Of a DNA stretch of 64,000 nt, positions 26,903-36,704 are shown in pieces. This DNA comes from an uncultured Candidatus Saccharibacteria bacterium (GTDB taxonomy: Bacteria > Patescibacteriota > Minisyncoccia > Phycocordibacterales > JAKAEA01). The notes beneath the pieces are model-generated. The model made no database searches. It was given only the letters and a program-made list of their open reading frames with translations, and had not been told where the DNA came from. Location: assembly GCA_964577595.1 (NCBI GenBank), contig CAZNZK010000001.1:140430-204429 (forward strand), in the 5' to 3' direction. Position 1 is the stretch's first letter. Every line of letters begins with the position of its first letter. Made by a program: the position numbers and the translations under genes.

Positions 26903-28738
26903 CTACTCTAGTACAGCTTTAATTCTACGCACGCCAGCGGAGACCGCTTCTTCTTTTTGAATTTTAAAAGTGCCCTTAAGGTCGCTCGTGTTAGTAACAT
27001 GCGGGCCGCCGCAGAATTCACGGCTAATATAATTCCCTTCTGTGCCGATAGAGTAGACTTTAACCACATCGCCATATTTTTCATTAAAAGCATGGGTGGC
27101 GATTTTTTCGGCTTCGGTTTTGGGTATTTCTTTAAAACCGACAGGAAGGGCGGCGGCAATCCAACCATTTACAAGCTCTTCGGTTTTTTTCTTCTGCTCA
27201 TCGGTCATTTTTTCACCATGAGAAAAATCAAAACGCAGGCGCTCCGGCGTGATATTGCTTCCCTTCTGACCAACGTGGGACCCGAGCACTTGCTTGAGGG
27301 CCGCATTCAAAAGGTGCGTAGCTGTATGATACTGGAGTGATTTTTCGCTGGTATCCCCTAGCCCGCCCTTAAATTTCTTATCGGCTCCGGCGCGGGAGAG
27401 TTCTTGATGTTTTTTAGTTGCCTCTTCAAAACCGGCTGTTTCTATGTGGATGCCTTTTTCTTTTCCCAGTTCCAAGATTACTTCAAGAGGTAAGCCGTAC
27501 GAGGAGAAGAATTGGAACGCTTCATCCGCCGAGAGCTTTTTTGTTTTTTGAGTCGCCCTTTCAAATTCGCGCAGACCATTTTTAATAGTGGCGCTGAATT
27601 TTTGCTCCTCCTCGTGAATAACTTTTCTGATGGAAAGGCCGGCATCGGCGCCTATTACCTCTGGATACGCTTTTTGGTATTTTTTTTGAATAGTTTCAGC
27701 AATAACGCTTAAGTCATCGGTCATCTGTAGGATGTCGCTATGCCGAATAGAGCGGCGCAGAAGACGACGCAACACATAGCCACGGTCGGTATTAGAAGGA
27801 GTAACGCCATCGGCAATCATAAAAACGGCAGTGCGCAAGTGGTCAGCGATGATGCGCTCCGATTTTTCGTTTTGAATCTTAGCGCTTCTGCGAATTTCTT
27901 CCAGAATCGGCAGAAAAGCATCGGTTTCAAACACGGTGGTTTTACCATTTACCACGGCCGTCGTGCGTTCCAGGCCCATGCCGGTGTCTACGTTTTTAGC
28001 GGCGAGTTTTTCATATTTCCCGTCAGCGGTTTTGTTGAATTCCATGAAAACGTCGTTCCAAACCTCAATAAGGCGGAAGGAGTCCACTATGTCGCCAAAT
28101 TTTCCGACGAGTTTTCCATCCTCAGGGCGGGTGTCATAGAACATTTCCGTATCGCCTCCACAGGGCCCAGTGTCACCGGCAATCCAAAAATTATCCTTTA
28201 CGCCAAGAGGAATGATGCGAATCCCCTCACTCATTTTTTCATCATCGGCAGCGACGCCATTAGAAAGACCGTTCTTTTTAAACACTTCCTGCCACATTTT
28301 TATGGATTCTTCATCGCGCGGAATACCATTTTCACCCTTAAAAACCGTTACATAGAGGCGTTGTGGATCCAGGCCTAGACCATCTTTCTTGGAGGTCAAA
28401 AATTCAAAACTCCACTCAATGGCTTCTTTCTTAAAATAGTCACCCAGTGACCAATTGCCGAGCATTTCAAAAAAAGTAAGGTGACGATTGTCGCCGACGT
28501 CGTCAATGTCGCCGGTGCGCACGCATTTTTGAACATCTACGAGGCGGGTGCCGGCCTGGTGCGGCTTGCCGAGAAGGTATGGAATCAAGGGCTGCATGCC
28601 AGCCGTGGTGAAAAGGGTTTGTGAGCTGGTAGTTGCTCCCACTTCTTCACTAGGCACCAAGGATGCCGACTGAATAATGGCATGCTTGCGCGCCTTGAAA
28701 AATTCAAGAAATTTTGAGCGGATTTGGTCGGAGGTCAT
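26903..28738 (-). CDS. alaS: Alanine--tRNA ligase, short form lacking the C-terminal C-Ala domain
   Basis: 611 aa; class II catalytic core (…FTTAGMQP…), tRNA-recognition and editing-domain motifs (HTATHLLNAAL, CGGPHV); ends after the editing domain. Confidence 0.85.
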   Translation of the reverse strand: MTSDQIRSKFLEFFKARKHAIIQSASLVPSEEVGATTSSQTLFTTAGMQPLIPYLLGKPHQAGTRLVDVQKCVRTGDIDDVGDNRHLTFFEMLGNWSLGDYFKKEAIEWSFEFLTSKKDGLGLDPQRLYVTVFKGENGIPRDEESIKMWQEVFKKNGLSNGVAADDEKMSEGIRIIPLGVKDNFWIAGDTGPCGGDTEMFYDTRPEDGKLVGKFGDIVDSFRLIEVWNDVFMEFNKTADGKYEKLAAKNVDTGMGLERTTAVVNGKTTVFETDAFLPILEEIRRSAKIQNEKSERIIADHLRTAVFMIADGVTPSNTDRGYVLRRLLRRSIRHSDILQMTDDLSVIAETIQKKYQKAYPEVIGADAGLSIRKVIHEEEQKFSATIKNGLREFERATQKTKKLSADEAFQFFSSYGLPLEVILELGKEKGIHIETAGFEEATKKHQELSRAGADKKFKGGLGDTSEKSLQYHTATHLLNAALKQVLGSHVGQKGSNITPERLRFDFSHGEKMTDEQKKKTEELVNGWIAAALPVGFKEIPKTEAEKIATHAFNEKYGDVVKVYSIGTEGNYISREFCGGPHVTNTSDLKGTFKIQKEEAVSAGVRRIKAVLE

Positions 28739-28790
28739 GGTGTATAGTCTACGTATAATAGCTTAAAAACTAATTTTTTCAAGGAATTAC

Positions 28791-29147
28791 ATGCTTAAAA
28801 TCCCAACTAAGGTTCCTAAGGCTGGTTTTTACTATCACTATAAACATGACCCGGCCAAAGGTTTTCGCGATTATGCCTATGAAATAGTTGCCGTCGGTTT
28901 TCATACCGAGGAGGATTGTCAGCCACGCGACGCGGCCATGGTAAATTATCGACCACTCTATGAAAGCGCCGCGGTGTACCAGGCGTCCTTAAAGCTCGGT
29001 ATTCAGTGCATGGACAATCGCCCCCTAGAAATGTTTATGGAAGCGGTCACAAAAAATGGTAAAACTTTTCCGCGTTTTACGCCGATTGTTGATGCAGAAA
29101 CTATTGCTAAATTGACGGATGTTAAAGAGGAGATGTACGGTAGTTAA
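28791..29147 (+). CDS. DUF1653 domain protein
   Basis: 118 aa; FYYHYKHDP…[12 protein letters not shown]…MVNYRPLY matches the DUF1653 pattern. Confidence 0.6.
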   Translation: MLKIPTKVPKAGFYYHYKHDPAKGFRDYAYEIVAVGFHTEEDCQPRDAAMVNYRPLYESAAVYQASLKLGIQCMDNRPLEMFMEAVTKNGKTFPRFTPIVDAETIAKLTDVKEEMYGS

Positions 29148-30961
29148 AACTTCCCAGCACGAAGCCACGCTTTGTATTTTTTGGCCATATCCTCAAAGCT
29201 CTTGCTGTTGTTGGCGATTTCTTTTTTACCATGAACCATCTTAATGGAGGCATTGAGACGGATTGATCCGGAATGCTTTTTAACTAAGGCGAGCCTGGCT
29301 ATTTTCTTTTGCGCCTTTGCTATGAGCGTATTGAGCGGAAGAGTAATATCATTAAGGTACGCTGAAACGGACAGTTTCTTTTTTGTTGCCGCTATGACAA
29401 ATTCTCGGAACGTTTTTGAGGAGGCCAGTTTCCAAACTTTTTCCATTTCTTTCCCGATATTTTTATTGTCCACTATATAGCCGTATTTTGTATAGAAATA
29501 ATCTCTCCATTGGTGAACAGCGATAAGGGCTAGGCCATAATTATGGTATGCCCCGCTACTTTCCCATGAATAGATATGGGGAACGTTCAGGGCCGCGAGC
29601 GAGTCTTCGGAATAATCAAAATATTTCTTGGCATTTTTCTTGGCGATAGTGATAACCTTTTCTTCGGTGAGATTTCCTGCCTCATAAATATCTTTTTCAA
29701 ATTCCGAGACGAATATGATACCCCGTAAATCGAGCGGCCTAAGGGGGTGGAGTTTTTCTGCTTCTTTTTTAAATAATGCAAAAGGATACGGCTCACCTTT
29801 AGCATTTAGGGCATACCGCGAGCTCCATTCGGGGCTACTAAAAAGCGTGTCCAGGAACATGCTTTGAGTTTCTGCCCATGAGGTGGATGCGGGTGGATAT
29901 TCAGTATTCAGGCATGCTTCGCGTTCTGTTGAATTGAGATAGTGAGCCGCATGGCCGCCTTCGTGAAAGAGGGTGTTATAGCCCTGATTACCAGCGCCAA
30001 CCTGGCCAAAGACGACGTTGCAGGTAAAATTTGAGCTCCCCGCTATTCTTTTGGCACCCTCGTATCTAATGATATTAGGCCAGTGGCAAAAACCATTATT
30101 CCACTTCCCTTTTCTGTCCAGCAGGTCAAGTTGGAGCGAGGCACCTTTAAAATCAATGCCGAGGGCAGCGAAAGATGTGCCCCAGCGCATAAGAGCTTCA
30201 TCAAATTGCATGTACGGATCCTCTTCTTTTATAAAATCACCTGCCATCATAAAGGAAAAATTCCAGGGTTTTCGTAAGCCGGGCATGTTCTTTTCTAACG
30301 AGCGAAGGTTTTTATAGGCGTATTTAGTTTTGGTATAGATGGTATTGAAAAGACTAAAAAGCTCTTTTTTGCTCATGTCGGCTTCTTGTTGAAGCTTGAA
30401 ATCGTAAAAATCTTCGTAGCCCAGGGTTTTCGCGTATTTATTACGAAGGCTAATAAGCTTCACGTATTCTGGCAAGGCTCCCAGGGCAAGCTTGTCGCGC
30501 GCTTCCCAGCAGGCCTTTCGGATGCGTTCGTCGCTATTAGTTGAAATAATGGTGCGCATCTCCACAGACGAGGCTGGCGTAAATTTTTTCGTGTACGGAT
30601 CTATATATCCCTCGGTTCGTTCGGCTCGCTTTTTGTGTATTACTGTTTCCAGATCGGTAATTTCTTCTTGGATTTTCAGAGCGGCCGGCGGTACTTGGTA
30701 GCAATGGAAGAAATGAAGCCACGTATGCAAACGCTTTTTGGTTTTCGGATTCTTTTCGTTTTTAAAGAGATCTGTGAGGGTCGCTGAATGGTTAGGGTTA
30801 GCCCGGAATGAATCCCGCTTTTTTAGGGCGGCATCTTTTCGAGTGTCTACAGAATGATCTCCCATATATGAAAGCCAAAAAAAGTCTTCATATTCTTTGT
30901 GAAGGCGCACGTACTCCCTATTGAGAAAATCAAGATATTCTATGGGGGTTTGTTTTTTCAT
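29144..30961 (-). CDS. pepF: M3-family oligoendopeptidase (PepF-like)
   Basis: 605 aa; HEGGHAAH (HExxH) zinc-binding motif in an M3B-like context. Confidence 0.7.
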   Translation of the reverse strand: MKKQTPIEYLDFLNREYVRLHKEYEDFFWLSYMGDHSVDTRKDAALKKRDSFRANPNHSATLTDLFKNEKNPKTKKRLHTWLHFFHCYQVPPAALKIQEEITDLETVIHKKRAERTEGYIDPYTKKFTPASSVEMRTIISTNSDERIRKACWEARDKLALGALPEYVKLISLRNKYAKTLGYEDFYDFKLQQEADMSKKELFSLFNTIYTKTKYAYKNLRSLEKNMPGLRKPWNFSFMMAGDFIKEEDPYMQFDEALMRWGTSFAALGIDFKGASLQLDLLDRKGKWNNGFCHWPNIIRYEGAKRIAGSSNFTCNVVFGQVGAGNQGYNTLFHEGGHAAHYLNSTEREACLNTEYPPASTSWAETQSMFLDTLFSSPEWSSRYALNAKGEPYPFALFKKEAEKLHPLRPLDLRGIIFVSEFEKDIYEAGNLTEEKVITIAKKNAKKYFDYSEDSLAALNVPHIYSWESSGAYHNYGLALIAVHQWRDYFYTKYGYIVDNKNIGKEMEKVWKLASSKTFREFVIAATKKKLSVSAYLNDITLPLNTLIAKAQKKIARLALVKKHSGSIRLNASIKMVHGKKEIANNSKSFEDMAKKYKAWLRAGKF

Positions 30962-31572
30962 AAAAATTTCTTAACGGCTTCAAAATCTTTCTTTTGGACT
31001 TCGCGGAGAGAGCCGTCATAAAGAGCGGCGGCCGGGTGATAGAGTGGTAGAATTTTTAATGTGCCGAATTTGGCTTGCGCAGTATAGCTTTTTCCGTGGG
31101 CTTTGGAAATGGGCTCTAGCTCAAAATCAAGGTCAAACTTGTGCATGACGTAGTTCATGGAAAAACGTCCAAGGGTGACAATAACTTTTGGCTGAATTAT
31201 TTCAATTTGGCGGTCTAGAAAGGGTGCATAGATTTCTATTTCGCTCGGGGTAGGGTCGCGGTTTTCTGGCGGCCGGTCCTTAACGATATTGGTGATGTAG
31301 ACATCCTCGCGCTTAGCGCCGATACCCTCCAGCATTTCTGTCAGGAACTTCCCTGCCGCACCGATAAATGGCCGGCCCGTTTTGGCTTCGTTGGCCCCAG
31401 GAGCCTCACCAACGAACATTATTTTGGCGAAATGGCTACCTTCACCAATAACCGGAAAACTGCCATTTTTGATGCGGTAGTCGTAAAGTGGCGAGGTTTT
31501 GAGGACAAGAATTTCGTCTTTTATTTTTTTGAGTGCCGCTGTTCGGGATTCTATTTCAGTTTCCGTGGGCAT
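30958..31572 (-). CDS. Uracil-DNA glycosylase, family 4
   Basis: 204 aa; GEAPGANEA motif A and C-terminal …HPAAALY… motif B. Confidence 0.8.
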   Translation of the reverse strand: MPTETEIESRTAALKKIKDEILVLKTSPLYDYRIKNGSFPVIGEGSHFAKIMFVGEAPGANEAKTGRPFIGAAGKFLTEMLEGIGAKREDVYITNIVKDRPPENRDPTPSEIEIYAPFLDRQIEIIQPKVIVTLGRFSMNYVMHKFDLDFELEPISKAHGKSYTAQAKFGTLKILPLYHPAAALYDGSLREVQKKDFEAVKKFL

Positions 31573-31580
31573 GATAGTTC

Positions 31581-32426
31581 TTAAAAAAGTGTACTCACCC
31601 CTTCTGGAGATTCCGGCATTTTCTTTTTATGCGCGGTTTTTTTTGCCGGGGCGGGAGTTTTCTTTGCGGCTGACGGGGCTGTTGCAACCTCATTTATAGC
31701 CGCAACATAGGCACAGTGGTCGCAATCGCGGGCGGCCGAGGGGATGCGTTTGTCGTCCAAGCAATTTTTAATTTGGATCAGGGTTTTTTCAATCCAATCG
31801 GTGTTGCCCGTATAGGGAATGAGCTTCACGTCAAATTCCAGCTTGCCGTTAAAGGCGGGGCGGTCGGTTTGGCCGTTCACGTAGACGAAATAGCCAGTAT
31901 CGGAAACTTTGAAATTATTGGCGCGAAAAAGCCACTGATACACTTCCATTTGGCGTTTGTAGCCATCTTGCCATTCCGCGTCCAGGTTTACCTCTTCATC
32001 TTTAGACGTAGCTTTGTAATCAACAATCAATAGCTCTTTTTTGGGTGTTATCCACACGTCGTCAACGCCGCCGGAAACAAGCATTCCTGTGGCTGGGTGG
32101 CGATACTGAATGCCGCGCTTGAGCGAGTCGCGCCAACCATCCATGCCAGGATGGGCAAAAGGCACGGCGTCCAGGCCGTAGGCCTTCATGAGTGGGTGTT
32201 GACTTTGGGCGGCGCGATGGATGTCAAATTCCTTCTTGAGAAGTTTATCAACGGCGCTGTTGAGATTGAATGGATAGCCTTTGGGCCGCGAGGTGCCAAG
32301 CTTGTTGTCTATGTAAAAACAGCGGGGGCAATCCAGGAAAAGGTCTATTTTAGAGCGGGACAAGCGCCAACTTTCGCCCCCATAATTCCAATTGGGATTG
32401 CGGTGAGGTTTGTAGAACTGCGACAT
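31581..32426 (-). CDS. Cas4/RecB-like PD-(D/E)xK nuclease with four Cys (putative Fe-S) and Lys-rich tail
   Basis: 281 aa; CPRC near N-terminus, CDHC near C-terminus, motif III LLIVDYKATSK, QMEVYQW (QxxxY). Confidence 0.6.
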   Translation of the reverse strand: MSQFYKPHRNPNWNYGGESWRLSRSKIDLFLDCPRCFYIDNKLGTSRPKGYPFNLNSAVDKLLKKEFDIHRAAQSQHPLMKAYGLDAVPFAHPGMDGWRDSLKRGIQYRHPATGMLVSGGVDDVWITPKKELLIVDYKATSKDEEVNLDAEWQDGYKRQMEVYQWLFRANNFKVSDTGYFVYVNGQTDRPAFNGKLEFDVKLIPYTGNTDWIEKTLIQIKNCLDDKRIPSAARDCDHCAYVAAINEVATAPSAAKKTPAPAKKTAHKKKMPESPEGVSTLF

Positions 32427-32432
32427 TTATAG

Positions 32433-32933
32433 TTATTGTGCCTTGCTTGTTTCTTCGTTTTTAAATTTTCGTTCCCAATACCACATGGTGCTGAAAAGGA
32501 AGAGCGTCAGGAAAGTAGCAAAACCAGCAAGGACGTAGAAACCGAAACCAACAGCAATGCCGATGATGGCCGAAACCCAAACGCCGGCGGCGGTGGTTAA
32601 GCCACTCACTTGGGTGCCGTGAAGCACAATGAGGCCGGCACCAATGAAGCCGATGCCAACAAGGACGTTGGCGACGATCATGGCCGGATTAAGACCGAGT
32701 GTACCAGCGGGAATGCCGACACTAGCAGTCAGATACAATGGAGTAATATTGAGGGAGATAATAGTTGCCAAGCACGAAGCCAGAGAGATGAGGCCGTAGG
32801 TGCGAGGCCCAGCTGCCCGGCCAGCCATAAGTCGCTCAATACCGAGAACCATCCCGAAAAGCGTGGCCAGGGCAAGTTGAAAGAAAAGCCAGCCACTGTT
32901 TGCGATTCCAAGACCTAAAAACGAGGTAATCAT
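32433..32933 (-). CDS. MgtC/SapB-family membrane protein
   Basis: 166 aa; …GIERLMAGRAAGPRTYGL… MgtC signature, 4-5 TM helices. Confidence 0.7.
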   Translation of the reverse strand: MITSFLGLGIANSGWLFFQLALATLFGMVLGIERLMAGRAAGPRTYGLISLASCLATIISLNITPLYLTASVGIPAGTLGLNPAMIVANVLVGIGFIGAGLIVLHGTQVSGLTTAAGVWVSAIIGIAVGFGFYVLAGFATFLTLFLFSTMWYWERKFKNEETSKAQ

Positions 32934-32983
32934 AGAGAATAAAATTAAATTAATGCTCCCTCTATTTTACCACAACAGATTTT

Positions 32984-33655
32984 TTATTGAGCGGCGAAGG
33001 GGGTAGCGATAGGCTGGCCAGTGCTGTCATCCATGGTGACGTCGGTGCGGTAGTTAAAGGTGCGAGGGGTTTTACCTGTGTCAAAATGAACAACGGCTAG
33101 ATAAGAGTTACCGGCAATAGTGGGGCGAAGGAGAGGTACGGCGCCGTTAAGGGTTTGGCCTGCGGCGAAATAAGCGGCACCGAGGATTGGGCCCGGCTTG
33201 CCGGAAATATCTTCGTGGATAGCTATCCAACCGCCGTCTTTGAGGTCTACTTGAGCAACACTTATGCTCGTGCCTGCGGCCTGATCGCGGACGATGACGT
33301 TGTTGTCGCTCGCGGTGGCTGTGGCGCTAGCAGCGTCAGTAGTGGTAATAGCCGGAGTTATGTTGCTGGTCGTGTCAGTAGTTGCTCCTGCGGCGGCCAA
33401 GGAAGTGTCAGTATCGGAAGACGATGTTCCAAGCGAGGGGTGCCGAGTAGCGAGGGTGTAGCCGATAACGCCGACAAGAATACCGACAACAAAAGCGGCA
33501 GTGACCTGCATAACCGGTGAACTTGCCGGCGTTGTGGCTGAGGTATTTTTTGCTGGAGCGACTTTTGATGTAACTTGCTGAACCGGCTTATTGGTGGAAG
33601 GTGCTGGCTTTACTTGTGTTTGTGAATTCTGATTCTTCTGGTTGGGAATATCCAT
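32984..33655 (-). CDS. Membrane-anchored hypothetical protein with Thr/Ala-rich linker and C-terminal globular domain
   Basis: 223 aa; one TM (AAFVVGILVGVIGYTLA); no catalytic motif. Confidence 0.4.
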   Translation of the reverse strand: MDIPNQKNQNSQTQVKPAPSTNKPVQQVTSKVAPAKNTSATTPASSPVMQVTAAFVVGILVGVIGYTLATRHPSLGTSSSDTDTSLAAAGATTDTTSNITPAITTTDAASATATASDNNVIVRDQAAGTSISVAQVDLKDGGWIAIHEDISGKPGPILGAAYFAAGQTLNGAVPLLRPTIAGNSYLAVVHFDTGKTPRTFNYRTDVTMDDSTGQPIATPFAAQ

Positions 33656-33695
33656 GGCTCTGTTAGTAAAAGTGAATAATATCTAGTATACCGCC

Positions 33696-34580
33696 CTATT
33701 GTGTCGCGACAATTGGCTTGGCTTGGATTATGTGTTCTGGTGCGGCATAAATGTGACTTATTTCAGCTAAAATAGCTTCAACGTTGAGTTCGGCCAGGCC
33801 GAGGTTGCGTAAAAGTGTGGGATTGCGCTCCAGGTCGGTACACAAAACAATTCCCTGCCCCAATAAGGTTTTTTTATCATGCTCGCTTAAAAGACGCAGG
33901 CAGGTTAGCGGGTGCAAATTTGCGGCTTCTACTAAATCTTGCAAATTACCGTGCGCCGGATATTTCCAGCCAACAACGGTCATGGCCTGACACTCGGCAT
34001 ATTTTATTGCACTCGTGGTAAATTTTGTATTCGTCACCAGCCAGCCGCTTTTTAGTTTGTATTGCTGATTGTCGTAGGTGAAATTTGCTTTGGCCAGGTC
34101 GTCAAAGCGCGATTTCATATAGAGTGTCACCTTCACGTCACATTTTTCACCGGGCTGATTGTGAAATTTTGCTTCCACCATAGCTAAATCGTCGGGAGCT
34201 TTCCAGGCGATAACATCAACTTCATGCTCCACGCAGTGGCCGTTGACGGTTTGGTCGGTCAGCGTTTTATAGCCGCGCTGTTTAAAAATTTCGGCAACGA
34301 ATTTTTCAAATGGAAAGCCGGAGGGGCCAAGGTCGGCGATGGCTTTGCGCAAAGAATAGCTAATCGCAGCGCTTTTCTGAACTTTATGAAGAACATCCAG
34401 AGCATGGTGGTAGATATGCCCGGTGGTCATTCCTTCGCGAATTTCCTGGCGGACGTGGCTGATGACGGTGTCAATAGCCCCAGTAGAGGCGTGCGAGCGG
34501 CGCAGAGAATGCGCCAACTTTTCTTCATTGAACGGCTCTGTTTTTCCGTCAGCTTTCAGAACAAGCGGCTGTTGTGACAT
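33696..34580 (-). CDS. ATP-cone domain + Mrr-like restriction endonuclease domain protein
   Basis: 294 aa; N-terminal ATP-cone (VLKADGKTEPFNEEKL…), central …FEKFVAEIFKQRGYKT…VDVIAWK… resembling the Mrr/restriction-endonuclease catalytic core. Confidence 0.55.
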   Translation of the reverse strand: MSQQPLVLKADGKTEPFNEEKLAHSLRRSHASTGAIDTVISHVRQEIREGMTTGHIYHHALDVLHKVQKSAAISYSLRKAIADLGPSGFPFEKFVAEIFKQRGYKTLTDQTVNGHCVEHEVDVIAWKAPDDLAMVEAKFHNQPGEKCDVKVTLYMKSRFDDLAKANFTYDNQQYKLKSGWLVTNTKFTTSAIKYAECQAMTVVGWKYPAHGNLQDLVEAANLHPLTCLRLLSEHDKKTLLGQGIVLCTDLERNPTLLRNLGLAELNVEAILAEISHIYAAPEHIIQAKPIVATQ

Positions 34581-34597
34581 GGGGTAAGTATAACAAC

Positions 34598-35722
34598 TTA
34601 CTCAGTTGAAGCAATGGTGCCACCACCGAGGCAGTCGGTAGAGGTGTAGAGAACGAGTGATTGGCCGGAAGAAACTGCTTCTTGTGGTGTTTCAAAAATG
34701 ATAGTCGTGTGCGTAGCGGTTACTTCAAGGCGACATTGTTGCGGTTGTTGGTGGTAGCGATAGCGGGCCAGGTAGTTTGTATCCGTTACGGGTGCGCGGC
34801 CAGCGACCCAATGGGTAGATTCCAGGATAATTTTTAATACATTTTCTTTTTTTTGTTCTACCATGGCCGGAGCAACGGTAATGGTGTTTGCCTGAAGATT
34901 CTTGGCCACAACATAGTGTGGTTCTGAACGAATACGTGTTTCGCTTAAGGTAAAGCCGTGACGTTCACCGAGGGTGAAAAAAAGCGCGCCCGGGTGTTCG
35001 CCTATCACAGTGCCCTGTTGGTTAAGGACCTTACCTCGGCTTGGTTTCATATAGTGGGCCAAGAATTCCTTCATATCCACCGGGCCTAAGAAGCAAATAC
35101 CCTGGCTATCCTTTTTTGCGGCAGTTGGCAGGCCCAATTTTTTTGCTACTATCCGTACCTCATTTTTATACAGATAGCCAACAGGAAAAAGTGTATGAGC
35201 TAATTCTTCCTGACCCAGGGTCCATAAAAAATACGACTGGTCTTTGCTGGGGTCAACACCTTCTTTCAAATGAAAAACACCATCTTCCCGGACATTTTGC
35301 GCATAGTGACCGGTGGCGATAAAATCGGCACCCTGCTCACGTGCCAAACGCAAAAAAGCCCCGAATTTGACTTCCCTATTGCAGAGCACGTCCGGATTGG
35401 GTGTGCGGCCGGCTTTGTATTCGGCCAGAAAATAATCGGCCACATTTTTCTTATAGACGTCTTCCAGGTCAAAGGTCAAAAAAGGAATACCGAGGTGTGC
35501 GGCCACACGCATTGCATCGCGGCGCTCCTCGCGCCAATCACACAGTAGCCACTCCGGGCTCCAGACTTTAATAAAAACACCGGTAACAGTATAGCCGGCT
35601 TGCAATAAAAGAGCGGCGGAAACCGAACTGTCTACGCCACCAGAAAGGCCGACAAAAACGCGGGGTTTGTTAATTGAGGTAGAGGGCCTGGTTAGCATGT
35701 TGTTTATTGAGGGTGGCGGCAT
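34598..35722 (-). CDS. mnmA: tRNA-specific 2-thiouridylase MnmA (probable start at internal M9, 35698)
   Basis: PP-loop SGGVDSS, catalytic Cys motifs (…DVLCNREVKF…, …GICFLG…). Confidence 0.85.
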   Translation of the reverse strand: MPPPSINNMLTRPSTSINKPRVFVGLSGGVDSSVSAALLLQAGYTVTGVFIKVWSPEWLLCDWREERRDAMRVAAHLGIPFLTFDLEDVYKKNVADYFLAEYKAGRTPNPDVLCNREVKFGAFLRLAREQGADFIATGHYAQNVREDGVFHLKEGVDPSKDQSYFLWTLGQEELAHTLFPVGYLYKNEVRIVAKKLGLPTAAKKDSQGICFLGPVDMKEFLAHYMKPSRGKVLNQQGTVIGEHPGALFFTLGERHGFTLSETRIRSEPHYVVAKNLQANTITVAPAMVEQKKENVLKIILESTHWVAGRAPVTDTNYLARYRYHQQPQQCRLEVTATHTTIIFETPQEAVSSGQSLVLYTSTDCLGGGTIASTE

Positions 35723-36689
35723 AGTGCATGGTGCCGTCGGTATCGGAAAGAAAATATAAATAATCGGTTTTAATGGGCGTAAGGGTGGCCATAATAGCGT
35801 CTAAGCCCGGGTTACCAATCGGTGTTGGCGGTAAACCCTTATGCGTGTAGGTATTATAGGGTGACTTGTTTGCTAGGTCGCCGGTGGTTAATTCCGCCGA
35901 GCCTCGGCCAGTAATGTAATACAACGTGGCATCAACTTGCAATGGCATGCCCATAGCCAGGCGCTTCCAAAGAATACCAGCGACAATTTGGCGATCAGTA
36001 GGCGTGAGGGCTTCCCGCTCAACAATGGAGGCCATGTTCAGTACATCGCTGAAAGGCTTGTCAAAAGCGGTTATGGCCGCCGCTGTGGTGGCGTTAGAAA
36101 TTTTTCGTTCAAAATTGGCCGACATTGTGGTCACAACATCTTCCGGTGAGGGCACGACACCAAAGTAGTAGGTGTCGGGGTACAAGTAGCCCTCTTTGGG
36201 AGTGGCGATAGTTATGAAATGAACGGTGTCAAAAGTAGGGTATATTTTTTTAAGGATAACCGCGATTTGGCTGACCGACATGTCATCGGTGATTATGGTT
36301 TTTGCCTGCTCGGTCTGATAGTTGCCGCGAGTTAAGCGCCAGGCTAGGGTAAAGACATTTTCAGCTTGGGGAAAATAGTAATCTCCAGCCACCACTTCAT
36401 GTTCTTTACCGAGGATAAGCACCGCGTTGACAAACCAGAATGGTGAACGGATCAGATTTTCTTGCTCGAGTGTTTTGGCGATAGTGGATAAACTTTGGCC
36501 GCCGGCAATAGCCATTACGCCGCCGCGAGGAAAGAGCGATGGCGCGCGTAAAGTTGTCGCGTAAAAAATGCCGCCGCTCACGACAATAGTGCCGAGCGCG
36601 ACCATAGCGCCGGCAAGCACCTTGCGCTGTTTTCGCGGGCGCCTAAAATACAAGAAATCTAGAATTTTTCGTAAGAAAGTATCAAGCAT
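35670..36689 (-). CDS. mltG: Endolytic murein transglycosylase MltG (YceG-like)
   Basis: 339 aa; N-terminal TM and YceG domain (…GLPPTPIGNPG…). Confidence 0.8.
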   Translation of the reverse strand: MLDTFLRKILDFLYFRRPRKQRKVLAGAMVALGTIVVSGGIFYATTLRAPSLFPRGGVMAIAGGQSLSTIAKTLEQENLIRSPFWFVNAVLILGKEHEVVAGDYYFPQAENVFTLAWRLTRGNYQTEQAKTIITDDMSVSQIAVILKKIYPTFDTVHFITIATPKEGYLYPDTYYFGVVPSPEDVVTTMSANFERKISNATTAAAITAFDKPFSDVLNMASIVEREALTPTDRQIVAGILWKRLAMGMPLQVDATLYYITGRGSAELTTGDLANKSPYNTYTHKGLPPTPIGNPGLDAIMATLTPIKTDYLYFLSDTDGTMHYAATLNKQHANQALYLN

Positions 36690-36704
36690 AACAATAGCGG
36701 CGCG

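Noticed and set aside
26908-27168. 86-aa minus-strand ORF inside alaS
   Set aside because: It is nested in alaS in an alternative frame and is Lys/Pro-rich low complexity.
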